A DNA stretch of 64,000 nucleotides. Source: Mobula hypostoma (Eukaryota). The stretch is from the NCBI RefSeq assembly GCF_963921235.1, contig NC_086097.1, positions 36,892,001 to 36,956,000 on the forward strand, in the 5' to 3' direction. Below the pieces are notes generated by a model. That model made no database searches. It saw nothing but the letters and a program-made list of their open reading frames with translations, and had not been told where the DNA came from. The position numbers and the translations under genes were made by a program. The stretch's first letter is position 1, and every line of letters begins with the position of its first letter. Below, one piece after another: positions 12,617 through 21,898 of this stretch.

Positions 12617-15171
12617 AAATAAGGAGATCAAAACTGCCCACAGTACTCCAAGTGAGGTCTCACCAGCGGTTTATAGAGCCTCAACATCACATCCCTGCTC
12701 CTATACTCTATTCCTCTAGAAATGAATGCCAACATTGCATTTGCCTTCTTCACTACTGACTCAACCTGGAGGTTAACTTTCAGGGTATCCTGTACGAGGA
12801 CTCCCAAGTCCCGTTGCATCTCAGAACTTTGAATTCTTCCCCCATTTAAGTAATAGTCTATCCGTTTATTTTTTCTGCCAAAGTGCATAACCATACACTT
12901 TCCAATATTGTACTTCATTTGCCACTTCTCTGCTCATTTTTCTAATCTATCCAAGTCTCTCTGTAGACTCTCCGTTTCCTCAGCACTACCGGCCCCTCCA
13001 CCTATCTTCGTATCATCAGCAAACTTAGCCACAAAGCCATCTATTCCATAATCTAAATCGTTGATGTACAATGTAAAAAGAAGCGGCCCCAACACTGATC
13101 CCTGTGGAACACCACTGGTAACCGGCAGCCAACCAGAATAGGATCCCTTTATTCCCACCCTCTGTTTCCTGCCAATCAGCCAACGCTCTATCCACATATG
13201 TAACTTTCCCGTAATTCCATGGGCTCTTATCTTGTTAAGTAGCCTCATGTGTGGCACCTTGTCAAAGGCCTTCTGAAAATCCAAATATACAACATCCACT
13301 GCATCTCCCTTGTCTAGCCTACTGGTAATTTCCTCAAAAAATTGTAATAGGTTTGTCAGGCAGGATTTTCCTTTAAGGAATCCATGCTGAGTTCTGCCTA
13401 TCTTGTCATATGCCTCCAGGTACTCTGTAACCTCATCCTTGACAATCGACTCCAACAACTTCCCAACCACGGATGTCAAGCTAACAGGTCTATAATTTTC
13501 TTTTTGCTTCCTTGCCCCCTTCTTAAATAGCGGAGCGACATTTGCAATCTTCCAGTACTCCAGAACCATGCCAGAATCTATCGACTTTTGAAAGATCATC
13601 GCTAATGCCTCCGCAATCTCCACAGCTACTTCCTTCAGAATACAAGGGTGCATTCCATCTGGTACGAGAGATTTATCTACCTTTAGCCTATTCAGCTTCC
13701 TGAGTACTTTCTCTGTCGTAATTGTGACTGCGCACGCTACTCTTCCCTGCCACCCTTGAGTGTCCGGTATACTGCTGTCTTCCTCAGTGAAGACTGATGC
13801 AAAATACTTGTTCGGTTCCTCTGCCATCTCCTCATCTCCCGTTACAATTTCTCCAGCATCATTTTCTATCGGTCCTATATCTACTCTCACCTGTCTTTTA
13901 CTCTTTATATACTTGAAAAAGCTTTCAGTATCCTCTTCGATATTATTTGCTAGCTTCCTTTCATAGTTTATCTTTTCTCTCTTAATGATCTTCTTGGTTT
14001 CCTTTTGTAAGGTTTTAAAAACTTCCCAATCCTCTCTCTTCCCACTAATTTTTGCTTCCTTGTATGCCCTCTCTTTTGCTTTAACTTTGGCTTTGACTTC
14101 TCTTGTCAACCACGGTTGCATCCTTTTTCCACTCGAAAATTTCTTCTTTTTTGGAATATACCTGTCTTGCACATTCCTCATTTCTCGCATGAACTCCAGC
14201 CACTGCTGCTCTGCTGTCTTTCCCGCCAGTGTCTCTTTCCAGTCAACTTTGGCCAGTTCCTCTCTCATGCCACTGTAATTTCCTTTACTCCACTGAAATG
14301 CTGACACATCAGATTTCGGCTTCTCTTTTTCTAATTTCACAGTGAACTCAGTCATGTTATGATCACAGCCTCTTAAGGGTTCCTTCACCTCAATCTCTCC
14401 AATCACCTCCGGTTCATTACACAATACCCAATCCAGTACAGCCGATCCCCCAGTGGGCTCAACAACAAGCTGTTCTAAAAAGCCATCTCGCAGACATTCT
14501 ACAAATTCTCACTCTTGAGATCCAATGCTGACCTGATTTTCCCAATCTACTCGCATGTTAAAATCCCCCACAATTATCATAACACTGCCCTTCTGACAAG
14601 CCTTTTCTATTTCCAGTTGTAATTTGTAGTCCACATCCCTGCAGCTGTTTGGAGGCCTATAAATAACTGCCATCAGGGTCTTTTTACCCCTGCTATTCCT
14701 TAGCTCAACCCATAAAGATTCTGCACCTTCCAATCCTATATCACCTCTTTCTAATGATTTAATATCATTTCTTACCAATAAAGCCACGCCTCCCCCTCTG
14801 CCTACCTTCCTATCCTTCTGATACACCGTGTATCCTTGGACATTCAGCTCCCAGAGACATGCATCTTTTAGCCAGGTCTCAGTGATGGCCACAATATCAT
14901 ACCTGCCAATCTGTAGCTGTACAACAAGATCATCCACCTTATTCCTTATGCTGCGTGCATTTAAGTACAACACCTTAAGATCAGTATTTGATATTTTTTG
15001 CTTTGATTTCACTGCAACTTTATTGCACTGCAACTCATCCCAATGGCTACAAATTTGCCCCATCACCTGCCTGTCTTTCCTGACATCTTTACTGCTCACT
15101 ATCTTAGATTTATTTCTGTTTACCCCTTCCTCCGCTCTATCATTCCAGTTCCCATCCCCCTGCCAAATTAG
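12617..15171 (-). pseudogene. CR1 ORF2 (APE endonuclease + reverse transcriptase)
   Basis: YLNARSIRNK, ETWL, GGGVAL, YRPP, GDFN; YRPVSLTS, QHGF, DFQKAFD, GVPQGSVLGP, FADD. ORF pieces 14509-15099, 12934-14424 and 12628-12918 share one frame, broken only by three TGA codons. Confidence 0.95.
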
Positions 15172-15173
15172 TT

Positions 15174-16096
15174 TTAAACCTCCCTAACAGCTCTATTAAA
15201 CTTTCCCGCCAGGATATTGGTCCCCTTTGGGTTCAGGTGTAACCTGTCCTTTTTGAGCAGGTCATACTTCCCCCAGAAGAGATCCCAATTATCCAGGAAT
15301 CTGAAGCCCTGACCCCTACACCAGTCTCTCAGCCACGTATTCATCTGCCTGATCCGACTACTCTTGGCCTCGCTAGCACATGGCACAGGTAGCAATCCCG
15401 AGATTACTACCCTGGAGGTCCTGCTTCTCAGCTTCCTTCCTAACTCCTGGAAATCTCTCTTCAGGACATCCTCCTTTGTCCTGTCTATGTCATTGGTACC
15501 AGCATGTACCAAAACAACTGGCTGCTCACCCTTTAGAATATTCAGGACCCGATCTGAGACATCCCGTACCCTGGCACCTGGGAGGCAACACACCATGCGG
15601 GTATCTCTGTCAGGATCACAGAATCTCCTGTCTGTTCCCCTGACTATGGAATCCCCCACGACTACCGCATTTCTCTTCTCCCTCCTTCTCTCCTGCACAA
15701 CAGCGCCAGGCTCAGTGCCAGAGACCCGGTCACCGTGGGCGTCCCCCGTCAGATCATTTCCCTCACAGCATCCAGAACAAGATATTTGTTGCTGAGGGGG
15801 ACAGCCACAAGGGTGCTCTCCACTATCTGGGCATTTCCTTTCCCTCTCTTGACAGTGACCCAGTTTTCTGACCCCTGTAGCCTAGGGATGACTATCTCCC
15901 TGTAGCTCCTGTCTATCACCTCTTCACTTTCCCTGATAAGCAGTAGGTCATCAAGCTGCAGCTCCAGATCCCTAACACGGTCTCTGAGGAGCTGCATCTC
16001 AGTGCACCTGGCGCAGATGTGGCCATCAGGGAGGCTGGAAGTCTCCCAGGATTCCCACATCTGACACCCTGAACAAAGCACTAACCCTGCAGGCAT
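15174..16096 (-). pseudogene. CR1 ORF1 (Cys/His zinc finger, coiled coil, SGNH/GDSL esterase), frameshifted
   Basis: CSGC...HICARC, LRDRVRDLELQL; GDSIVR, HAGTND, DRLHLNPKG; frameshift near 15750. Confidence 0.92.
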
Positions 16097-16389
16097 GCTA
16101 TCTAATTCTACAGGAATGAAACAGGAAAAATAAGTGTACTCACCTACTTACCTCGCCAAACAGACGAACTTTTAAAATCGTTAGCTCGTACCGTTAGCTG
16201 TGAGAGCCCTGCTGTTCCTGTCCGTCCGGGCCGATTTGTGAAAAGGGTGGGGGGGAAGAAAAAAAAAGAGTTGGCGCTTCACTCTCGCCTCTTCCCATTT
16301 ACCGCCGAAGCCCGTTGAAGCCAAAGCCCTACACTCTGCTACCACTCACTCCGCTGCCCGCTCCGACAGCTGCCCGCTGTATAGGGTGG

Positions 16390-16520
16390 TCTCCTTTTTA
16401 AACTCTCCGCGCAGTCCTGCTGACGTCACGCGCCTGCGCGGTCTCGCCCTACTTGCACTCGAAGAAGTTTAAAAAAAAACTGCCTTCCTTCAGAATTCAG
16501 CTCCCACAATGCTCTGTAGT
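16390..16520 (-). promoter_or_regulatory. Putative CR1 5' promoter motif cluster
   Basis: ZNF143/Staf-like CTCCCACAATGCTCTG (16501-16516), NRF1-like GCGCCTGCGC (16430-16439), palindromic CRE TGACGTCA (16421-16428) and a TTTAAAA TATA-like element (16396-16402, minus strand), in CpG-rich sequence. Confidence 0.45.
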
Positions 16521-16844
16521 CCCGATCCACATCTGAATTATTGTACTGTAATTCTATATGCTATGACAGAAGCTTAAGATTGTTTTAATTTGATACAACA
16601 ATATGGAAAATATCATGACATTGATAAAACTCCAGAAATCTCTCCAAATGAGGTTTTTTACCTTTTGGGGGGGTGGGGTAACATTTTCTGCTGTATTGAT
16701 GTTAATGTGGAATATATACAAAAAGTGATTACTTAGTTAAATTCCTGAATACATTCTCTACAAATCCATGTGTTTATATGTGTCCTTGGGTTTTTATTGA
16801 CTTTTCCAAAATAAACAGCAGACAAATATTTTTCTAAAAATGAA

Positions 16845-17766
16845 ATGACACGAAGCTGTGTGGCAGTGTTAGCTGTGAGGTGGATGCTAAGAGGATGCAG
16901 GGTGACTTGGATAGGTTAGGTGAGTGGGCAAATTCATGGCAGATGCAATTTAATGTGGATAAATGTGAGGCTATCCACTTTGGTGGCAAGAACAGGAAAA
17001 CAGATTATTATCTGAATGGTGGCCGATTAGGAAAAGGGGAGGTGCAACGAGACCTGGGTGTCATTGTACACCAGTCATTGAAAGTGGGCATGCAGGTACA
17101 GCAGGTGGTGAAAAAGGCGAATGGTATGTTGACATTCATAGCAAGAAGATTTGAGTACAGGAGCAGGGAGGTTCTACTGCAGTTGTACAAGGCCTTGGTG
17201 AGACCACACCTGGAGTATTGTGTGCAGTTTTGGTCCCCTAATCTGAGGAAAGACATTCTTGCCATAGAGGGAGTACAAAGAAGGTTCACTAGATTGACTC
17301 CTGGGATGGCAGGACCTTCATATGATTAAGGACTAGATCGACTAGGCTTATACTTGCTGGAATTTAGAAGATTGAGAGGGGATCTTATTGAAACGTATAA
17401 AATCCTAAAGGGATTGGACAGGCTAGATGCAGGAAGATTGTTCCCGATGTTGGGGAAGTCCAGAACAAGGGGTCACAGTTTGAGGATAAAGGGGAAGCCT
17501 TTTAGGACCGAGATTAGGAAAAACTTCTTCACACAGGGAGTGGTGAATCTGTGAAATTCTCTGCCACAGGAAACAGTTGAGGCCAGTTCATTGGCTATAT
17601 TTAAGAGGGAGTTAGATATGGCCCTTGTGGCTAAAGGGATCAGGTGGTATGGAGAGAAAGCAGGTACAGGGCTCTGAGTTGGATGATCAGCCATGATAAA
17701 ACTGAATATCGGTGCAGGCTCAAAGGGCCAAATGGCCTACTCCTGCACCTATTTTCTATGTTTCTA
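16845..17766 (+). mobile_element. 5'-truncated CR1 LINE (young, different subfamily) nested in the Academ element
   Basis: DLDRLGEWANSWQMQFNVDKC...RPHLEYCVQFWSP...LEFRRLRGDLIETYKI, then a 3' UTR ending CTATTTTCTATGTTTCTA. Confidence 0.95.
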
Positions 17767-18095
17767 AGAAATGGTTCACTCTACTGAAATTGGGCACCGT
17801 ACTGCGAGTGCCACCAAGTTTTCAATGTAGAATTTTATAACATTTGATGAAAAGTGCTTGAACTCAGCTATCATTTTGGCAAATTTCAATGTTGAGGGAT
17901 CACTGATGACAAAATACCACTAGGTTGAATATATATGGTGTACTTTATATTAGCCACTTTTCAGAAATGCTTACTTTAGGGTAGTGTTATAAAATGTATG
18001 ATAGCACCCATAAAGCTACCACTGGTGCAATGCTATCACATATTTTCTAACTCTAGCGATGTATACCTTGCCAAAAATCACTATGAGCATTATTC

Positions 18096-18207
18096 TCGCA
18101 AACACGAGGAAATCTGCAGATGCTGGAATTTCAAGCAACACACATAAAAATTGCTGATGAACGCAGCAGGCCAGGCAGCGTTCACTAGCAATTTTTATGT
18201 GTTTTGC
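18096..18207. mobile_element. Fold-back PLE pLTR insertion inside the Academ right TIR
   Basis: 13-bp TSD ATGAGCATTATTC (18083-18095 and 18208-18220); inverted arms CACATAAAAATTGCTGATGAACGC / GCGTTCACTAGCAATTTTTATGTG. Confidence 0.85.
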
Positions 18208-18261
18208 ATGAGCATTATTCCCCTCAGATGGTACCGACCAACCCTACTGGCTCACGGACTA

Positions 18262-18324
18262 AAAATCACTATGAGCATTATTCCCCTCCGATGGTTCTGA
18301 CCAACCATACTGGCTCACGGACTG
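18262..18324. repeat. Tandem duplicate of the outer ~63 bp of the Academ right TIR
   Basis: AAAATCACTATGAGCATTATTCCCCTC...TGGCTCACGGACTG repeats 18075-18095 plus 18221-18261 without the PLE insert. Confidence 0.85.
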
Positions 18325-18405
18325 AAAAAGCTGGAGTTCAGAAATGCTTTTGCTTTGCTCCAGGACGGTTTTTGATTGAATAACCAGTTTTATTATTCAT
18401 TGGAA

Positions 18406-18580
18406 CGCACACAAAATGCTGGAGGAACTCAGAAGGCCAACCAGCATCTATGGGAAGAAATAAAGAGTCGACGCACAATGTAGACTCTTATTCCTCTCCA
18501 TAAATACTGCCTGACCTGCTGAGTTCCTCCAGCATTGTGTGTGTAAGTCTGGATTTCCAACATCTGCAGAATCTCTTGTG
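18406..18580. mobile_element. Fold-back PLE pLTR insertion
   Basis: 17-bp TSD TTTATTATTCATTGGAA (18389-18405 and 18581-18597); ~65-bp imperfect inverted arms. Confidence 0.85.
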
Positions 18581-19109
18581 TTTATTATTCATTGGAATCT
18601 CACCAGTAAGCAGCCATCAGAGGCTGCAAAATCTCAATCAGGATCCTATCTGTCCACAAAGGAAAGGGTTCTTCTTTCCTCTATTCCTTCACAAAGTCTG
18701 TTCAGTGAAATAGAACCAGAGCTTATGGGTGATGTCCATAAGCAACAACTTAAACTTAATCCATCCATGGGAAAATAATTGTAATAACATTCACTTTCAC
18801 ACCACTGGTTTCAACAAGGCTCTGGAATTTGAAAAGTGGCAATCACACAGCTTCTCTGAAACGAAAGGGTGTGGGTGAGGGTGGGGACCGGAGGGAGGGA
18901 GTTGGAAATCTCCTCCTAGTCCCCTATGATTCATGAGAGACTTCTAATATATGAATTTCTTAAACTTCCAGCAATATTTCAGCTGAATAATACCGGGTAC
19001 TTTTCACAGATTCAGAAGTATGGGCAAATGTGTTGTTGTGGAGAAAGAGATAGAGTGTGGAAACATTGACCAAGTCCAAACCAACCATCAACCAATCATT
19101 CTGTCACTC

Positions 19110-19250
19110 AGCTATGCAGTAGGGGCAATTCACACTGGTCCATTAACCCTCCAACCAACAGGTCTTCCAAATATGGATGAAAACTAGAACACCCAGGGAA
19201 GCCCACATAGTTACAGGGAGAATTTACACAAACAGCACTGGAAGTTGGGT
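19110..19250 (-). mobile_element. V-SINE fragment, degenerate
   Basis: AAAACTAGAACACCCAGGGAAGCCCACATAGTTACAGGGAGAA resembles the reverse complement of the V-SINE core. Confidence 0.55.
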
Positions 19251-20764
19251 ATGGTCAGCAGAGTGGCCAGTGAGAAATGCCTAGGCTATCAAAGTAGCTG
19301 AGCAATCAACCACAGAAACATTGATACAGCCTGATTTATCCTACCAAAGCTGTAGGCTAAACAACCCAGAACCATCCCTGATTCAGCTTTGCTAGTATCA
19401 AACTGAACTGACTGATAGCTTATTGAAACTTTGCTTTGTTGCCATTCCCCGCATATTCTTCCACTCCACCTCCCTGCAGCTCTGGTAATTTAAACAAGAT
19501 CAGAACTTATTATTAATATAACATGGATCTGGATTAACAAGTACTGACTTGACTTAACTTCAGCATATGGCCAAATTCATGCACTGACATTAACTGGCAC
19601 AATTGCAGCAAATAACATTAAAACCAGTGCAGCTTTCAGTACTCTTATCCCTGAATCCGCTGTGCCAAGAGTTGAGAGGACACTGCCAGAAATAGAGAAC
19701 TTGGAAGGAGCTGTTAAATCTTCAGCTTCCCCATGAAAGGTAAAATAGATTCCATGGAATTCTCTAAAGGCAGGATGGGAGTACACCATAGAAATTAGCT
19801 CAGCATTTCTCACACAATTAACATCATTGATACAGATTACCTGGTGTTGTTTGTGAAACTTTCCTAAGGACACATTGGCTGTACATTTTCAAATCATGGA
19901 CATGAGACCAGAAGACCGTAAGATATAGGAGCAGATTTAGGCCATTTGGCACCTCGTGTCTGCTCCACCATTCAATCATAGCTGATCCTTTTTCCATCCC
20001 CCTCAATCCCATTTCCGGCCTTCTCCCTGTAACCTTTGATGCCAGTCCAATCAAGAACCTATCAACCTCTGTCTTAAATGCACCCAACGATCTGGCCTCC
20101 ACAGCTGCATGTGGTAACAAATTCCACAAGTTCACCACCCTTTAGCTGAAGGAATTTCTCTGCATCTCTGTTTTGAATGGAAGCCCCTCTATCCTGAGGC
20201 TGTGCCCTTTTGTCCTAGACTCTCCCACCATGCGAAACATCCTTTCCACATCTACTCTGTCCAGTCCTTTCAACCATTCAAAAGGTTTCAATGAGATCCC
20301 GCCTTATCCTTCTAAATTCCAGTGAGTACAGACCCAGAGCTATCAAACGTTCCTTTGTATGATAGCCCTTTCATTCACAGAATCGTCTTTGTGAACCTCC
20401 TCTGAACCCTCTCCAATGCCAGCACATCTCTGCTAAGATGAGGGGCCCAAAACTGTACACAATACTCAAGGTGAGGCCTCTCCAGTGCCTTATAAAGCCT
20501 CAGCATCACATCCCTGCTCTTATATTCTCGACCTCTTGAAATGAATGCTAACATTGCATTTGCCTTCCTCACCACCAACTCAACCTGCAAGTTAACCTTT
20601 AGGGTGTTCTGCACAAGGACTCCCAAGTTACTTTGCATCTCAGAGTTTTGGATTTTCTCCCCATTTAGAAAATAGTCCGCACATTTATTTCTACTAGCAA
20701 AGTGCATGACCATGCATTTTCCAACATTATATTTCATTTGCTGCTTTCTTGCCCGTTCTCCTAA

Positions 20765-21898
20765 TGTCATGGGGGGCACTGGGAGCAGACTCAAATGCAA
20801 GACACTGACACTGAAGTACTAGGAACAGGACATAGCTAGGGTTAGGGATGGGACAGGACACAGACTAGGAGCTGGGACAGGAACACAGACTCGGGCTAGG
20901 ACTTTGGCTAGGAAAGCAGGACCAGGACTAGGAACTGGGAACTAGAAGCCTGGCCTTGGACTCCGAGCCAGAGACTGGACAAGGACTCAGAACCTCGGAC
21001 TTGGACTCCGGAACTAGAAGACATGGCGTGGTCTTGGGAGACAGGAACCTCGGAGCCTTGGACGAGGACTGGACGCTCGGAGCCTTGGACAAGGACTGGA
21101 CGCTTGGAGCCTTGGTCTAGAGCATGGGAACACAGAGCTGGGAGCCCTTCTTGGGAAACAGGACTTGGGGCCGGGACTCGTACATGGAACACAGAGCCGG
21201 GACTCCTCCTTGGGAACAGGACTTGGGACTGGGGCTCTACACAGAGTACAGAGAGACAGTTCCCAACACAAGGTAGCAGCAAACGGCCGGATCTACCTAA
21301 CAAAGGCGTGGACACAGAGACGGTTCCCAACATACGGTAGCGACAAATGGCCAGACCTACCTAGCAAAGGAGTGGACACAGAGACGGTTCCCAACGCAAG
21401 GTAGCGGCAAACGGCCGGACCTACCTAGTGAAGGCGTGGACACAGAGACAGTTCCAAGCAACGATAGACAGTTCCTTATCTAGACACAGCAAGGGTCCAG
21501 TCTTGCCCAGCAGCGGAACTTGACAGCAATACAGACGAGGACACAGGCAAGGTTGCAGGCAGGTCTTCAGGCAAAGGCTTCCGAAGGAAGGGGAAGGGAA
21601 GGGAAGGGAACAGTCCAGACTCAGGGTAATGGCAAAGACGGCCTGGCTTACCTAATGGAGGCAAGGACAGGAAGGAACAGATCCAACTGCAGGGTAACAG
21701 CAAAGACGGCCTGACTTACCCCACGGAGGCAAGGACAGGATACTGACAAGACAAACCAGCACCCACACTCGAACCCAGGGCCACTTATATTCCCAGCCCC
21801 AAGACGAGCATCAGGTGCCTATGATTAAGCCCAAATGAAACAAGGGACAGCCGGAAGACGTTGAGTCCAGAGTCTACGGACCAGACCGGACCATGACA
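20765..21898 (-). mobile_element. Solo LTR (probably Ty3/Gypsy)
   Basis: TGTCATGG...CCATGACA termini, perfect 5-bp TSD CCTAA (20760-20764 and 21899-21903), cleanly interrupts the CR1 RT; TATA-like ATATAAG on the minus strand near 21784-21790. Family and orientation are inferred. Confidence 0.85.
21253..21455. repeat. 64-bp tandem repeat (~3.2 copies) within the LTR
   Basis: Units start GAGAC(A/G)GTTCC at 21253, 21317, 21381 and 21445; a separate ~27-bp repeat lies at ~21050-21115. Confidence 0.9.

Larger units (their letters stand above)
12617..16525 (-). mobile_element. CR1 LINE with 5' UTR, ORF1 and most of ORF2; 3' end deleted
   Basis: CpG-rich 5' UTR, zinc-finger/leucine-zipper and SGNH esterase ORF1, APE+RT ORF2; sequence breaks off after RPHLEYCGQF*SPY at ~12617. 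Confidence 0.95.
11728..18261 (+). mobile_element. Academ-like DNA transposon, internally deleted, with nested CR1 and PLE insertions
   Basis: Imperfect ~130-bp TIRs: 11728-11860 (TAGTCCGTGAGCC...GTGGTAGCTTT) and 18012-18261 (AAAGCTACCAC...GGCTCACGGACTA, interrupted by a PLE insert). Termini TAG...CTA, AAA on both flanks (possible 3-bp TSD), and a transposase fragment at 11850-12608. Confidence 0.8.

Noticed and set aside
15174..15698. SGNH/GDSL esterase as a captured host or bacterial gene
   Set aside because: The esterase domain is an established part of CR1 ORF1 and recurs in the other CR1 copies here.
16108..16151. Apparent intron in the CR1 5' UTR (GAG|GTAAGT ... TTCCTGTAG) just before the ORF1 ATG
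   Set aside because: Only 44 nt, shorter than typical vertebrate spliceosomal introns. The donor also appears at ~53415-53424, but there is no evidence of use.
12617..17766. Minus-strand and plus-strand CR1 pieces as one inverted (twin-primed) element
   Set aside because: They overlap in the RT C-terminal region with clearly different sequences, and are separated by ~320 bp of non-CR1 DNA; these are two independent insertions.
21253..21455. Regularly spaced repeats suggestive of a CRISPR array
   Set aside because: Whole 64-bp units are repeated with no unique spacers, they lie inside an LTR in vertebrate DNA, and there are no cas genes.
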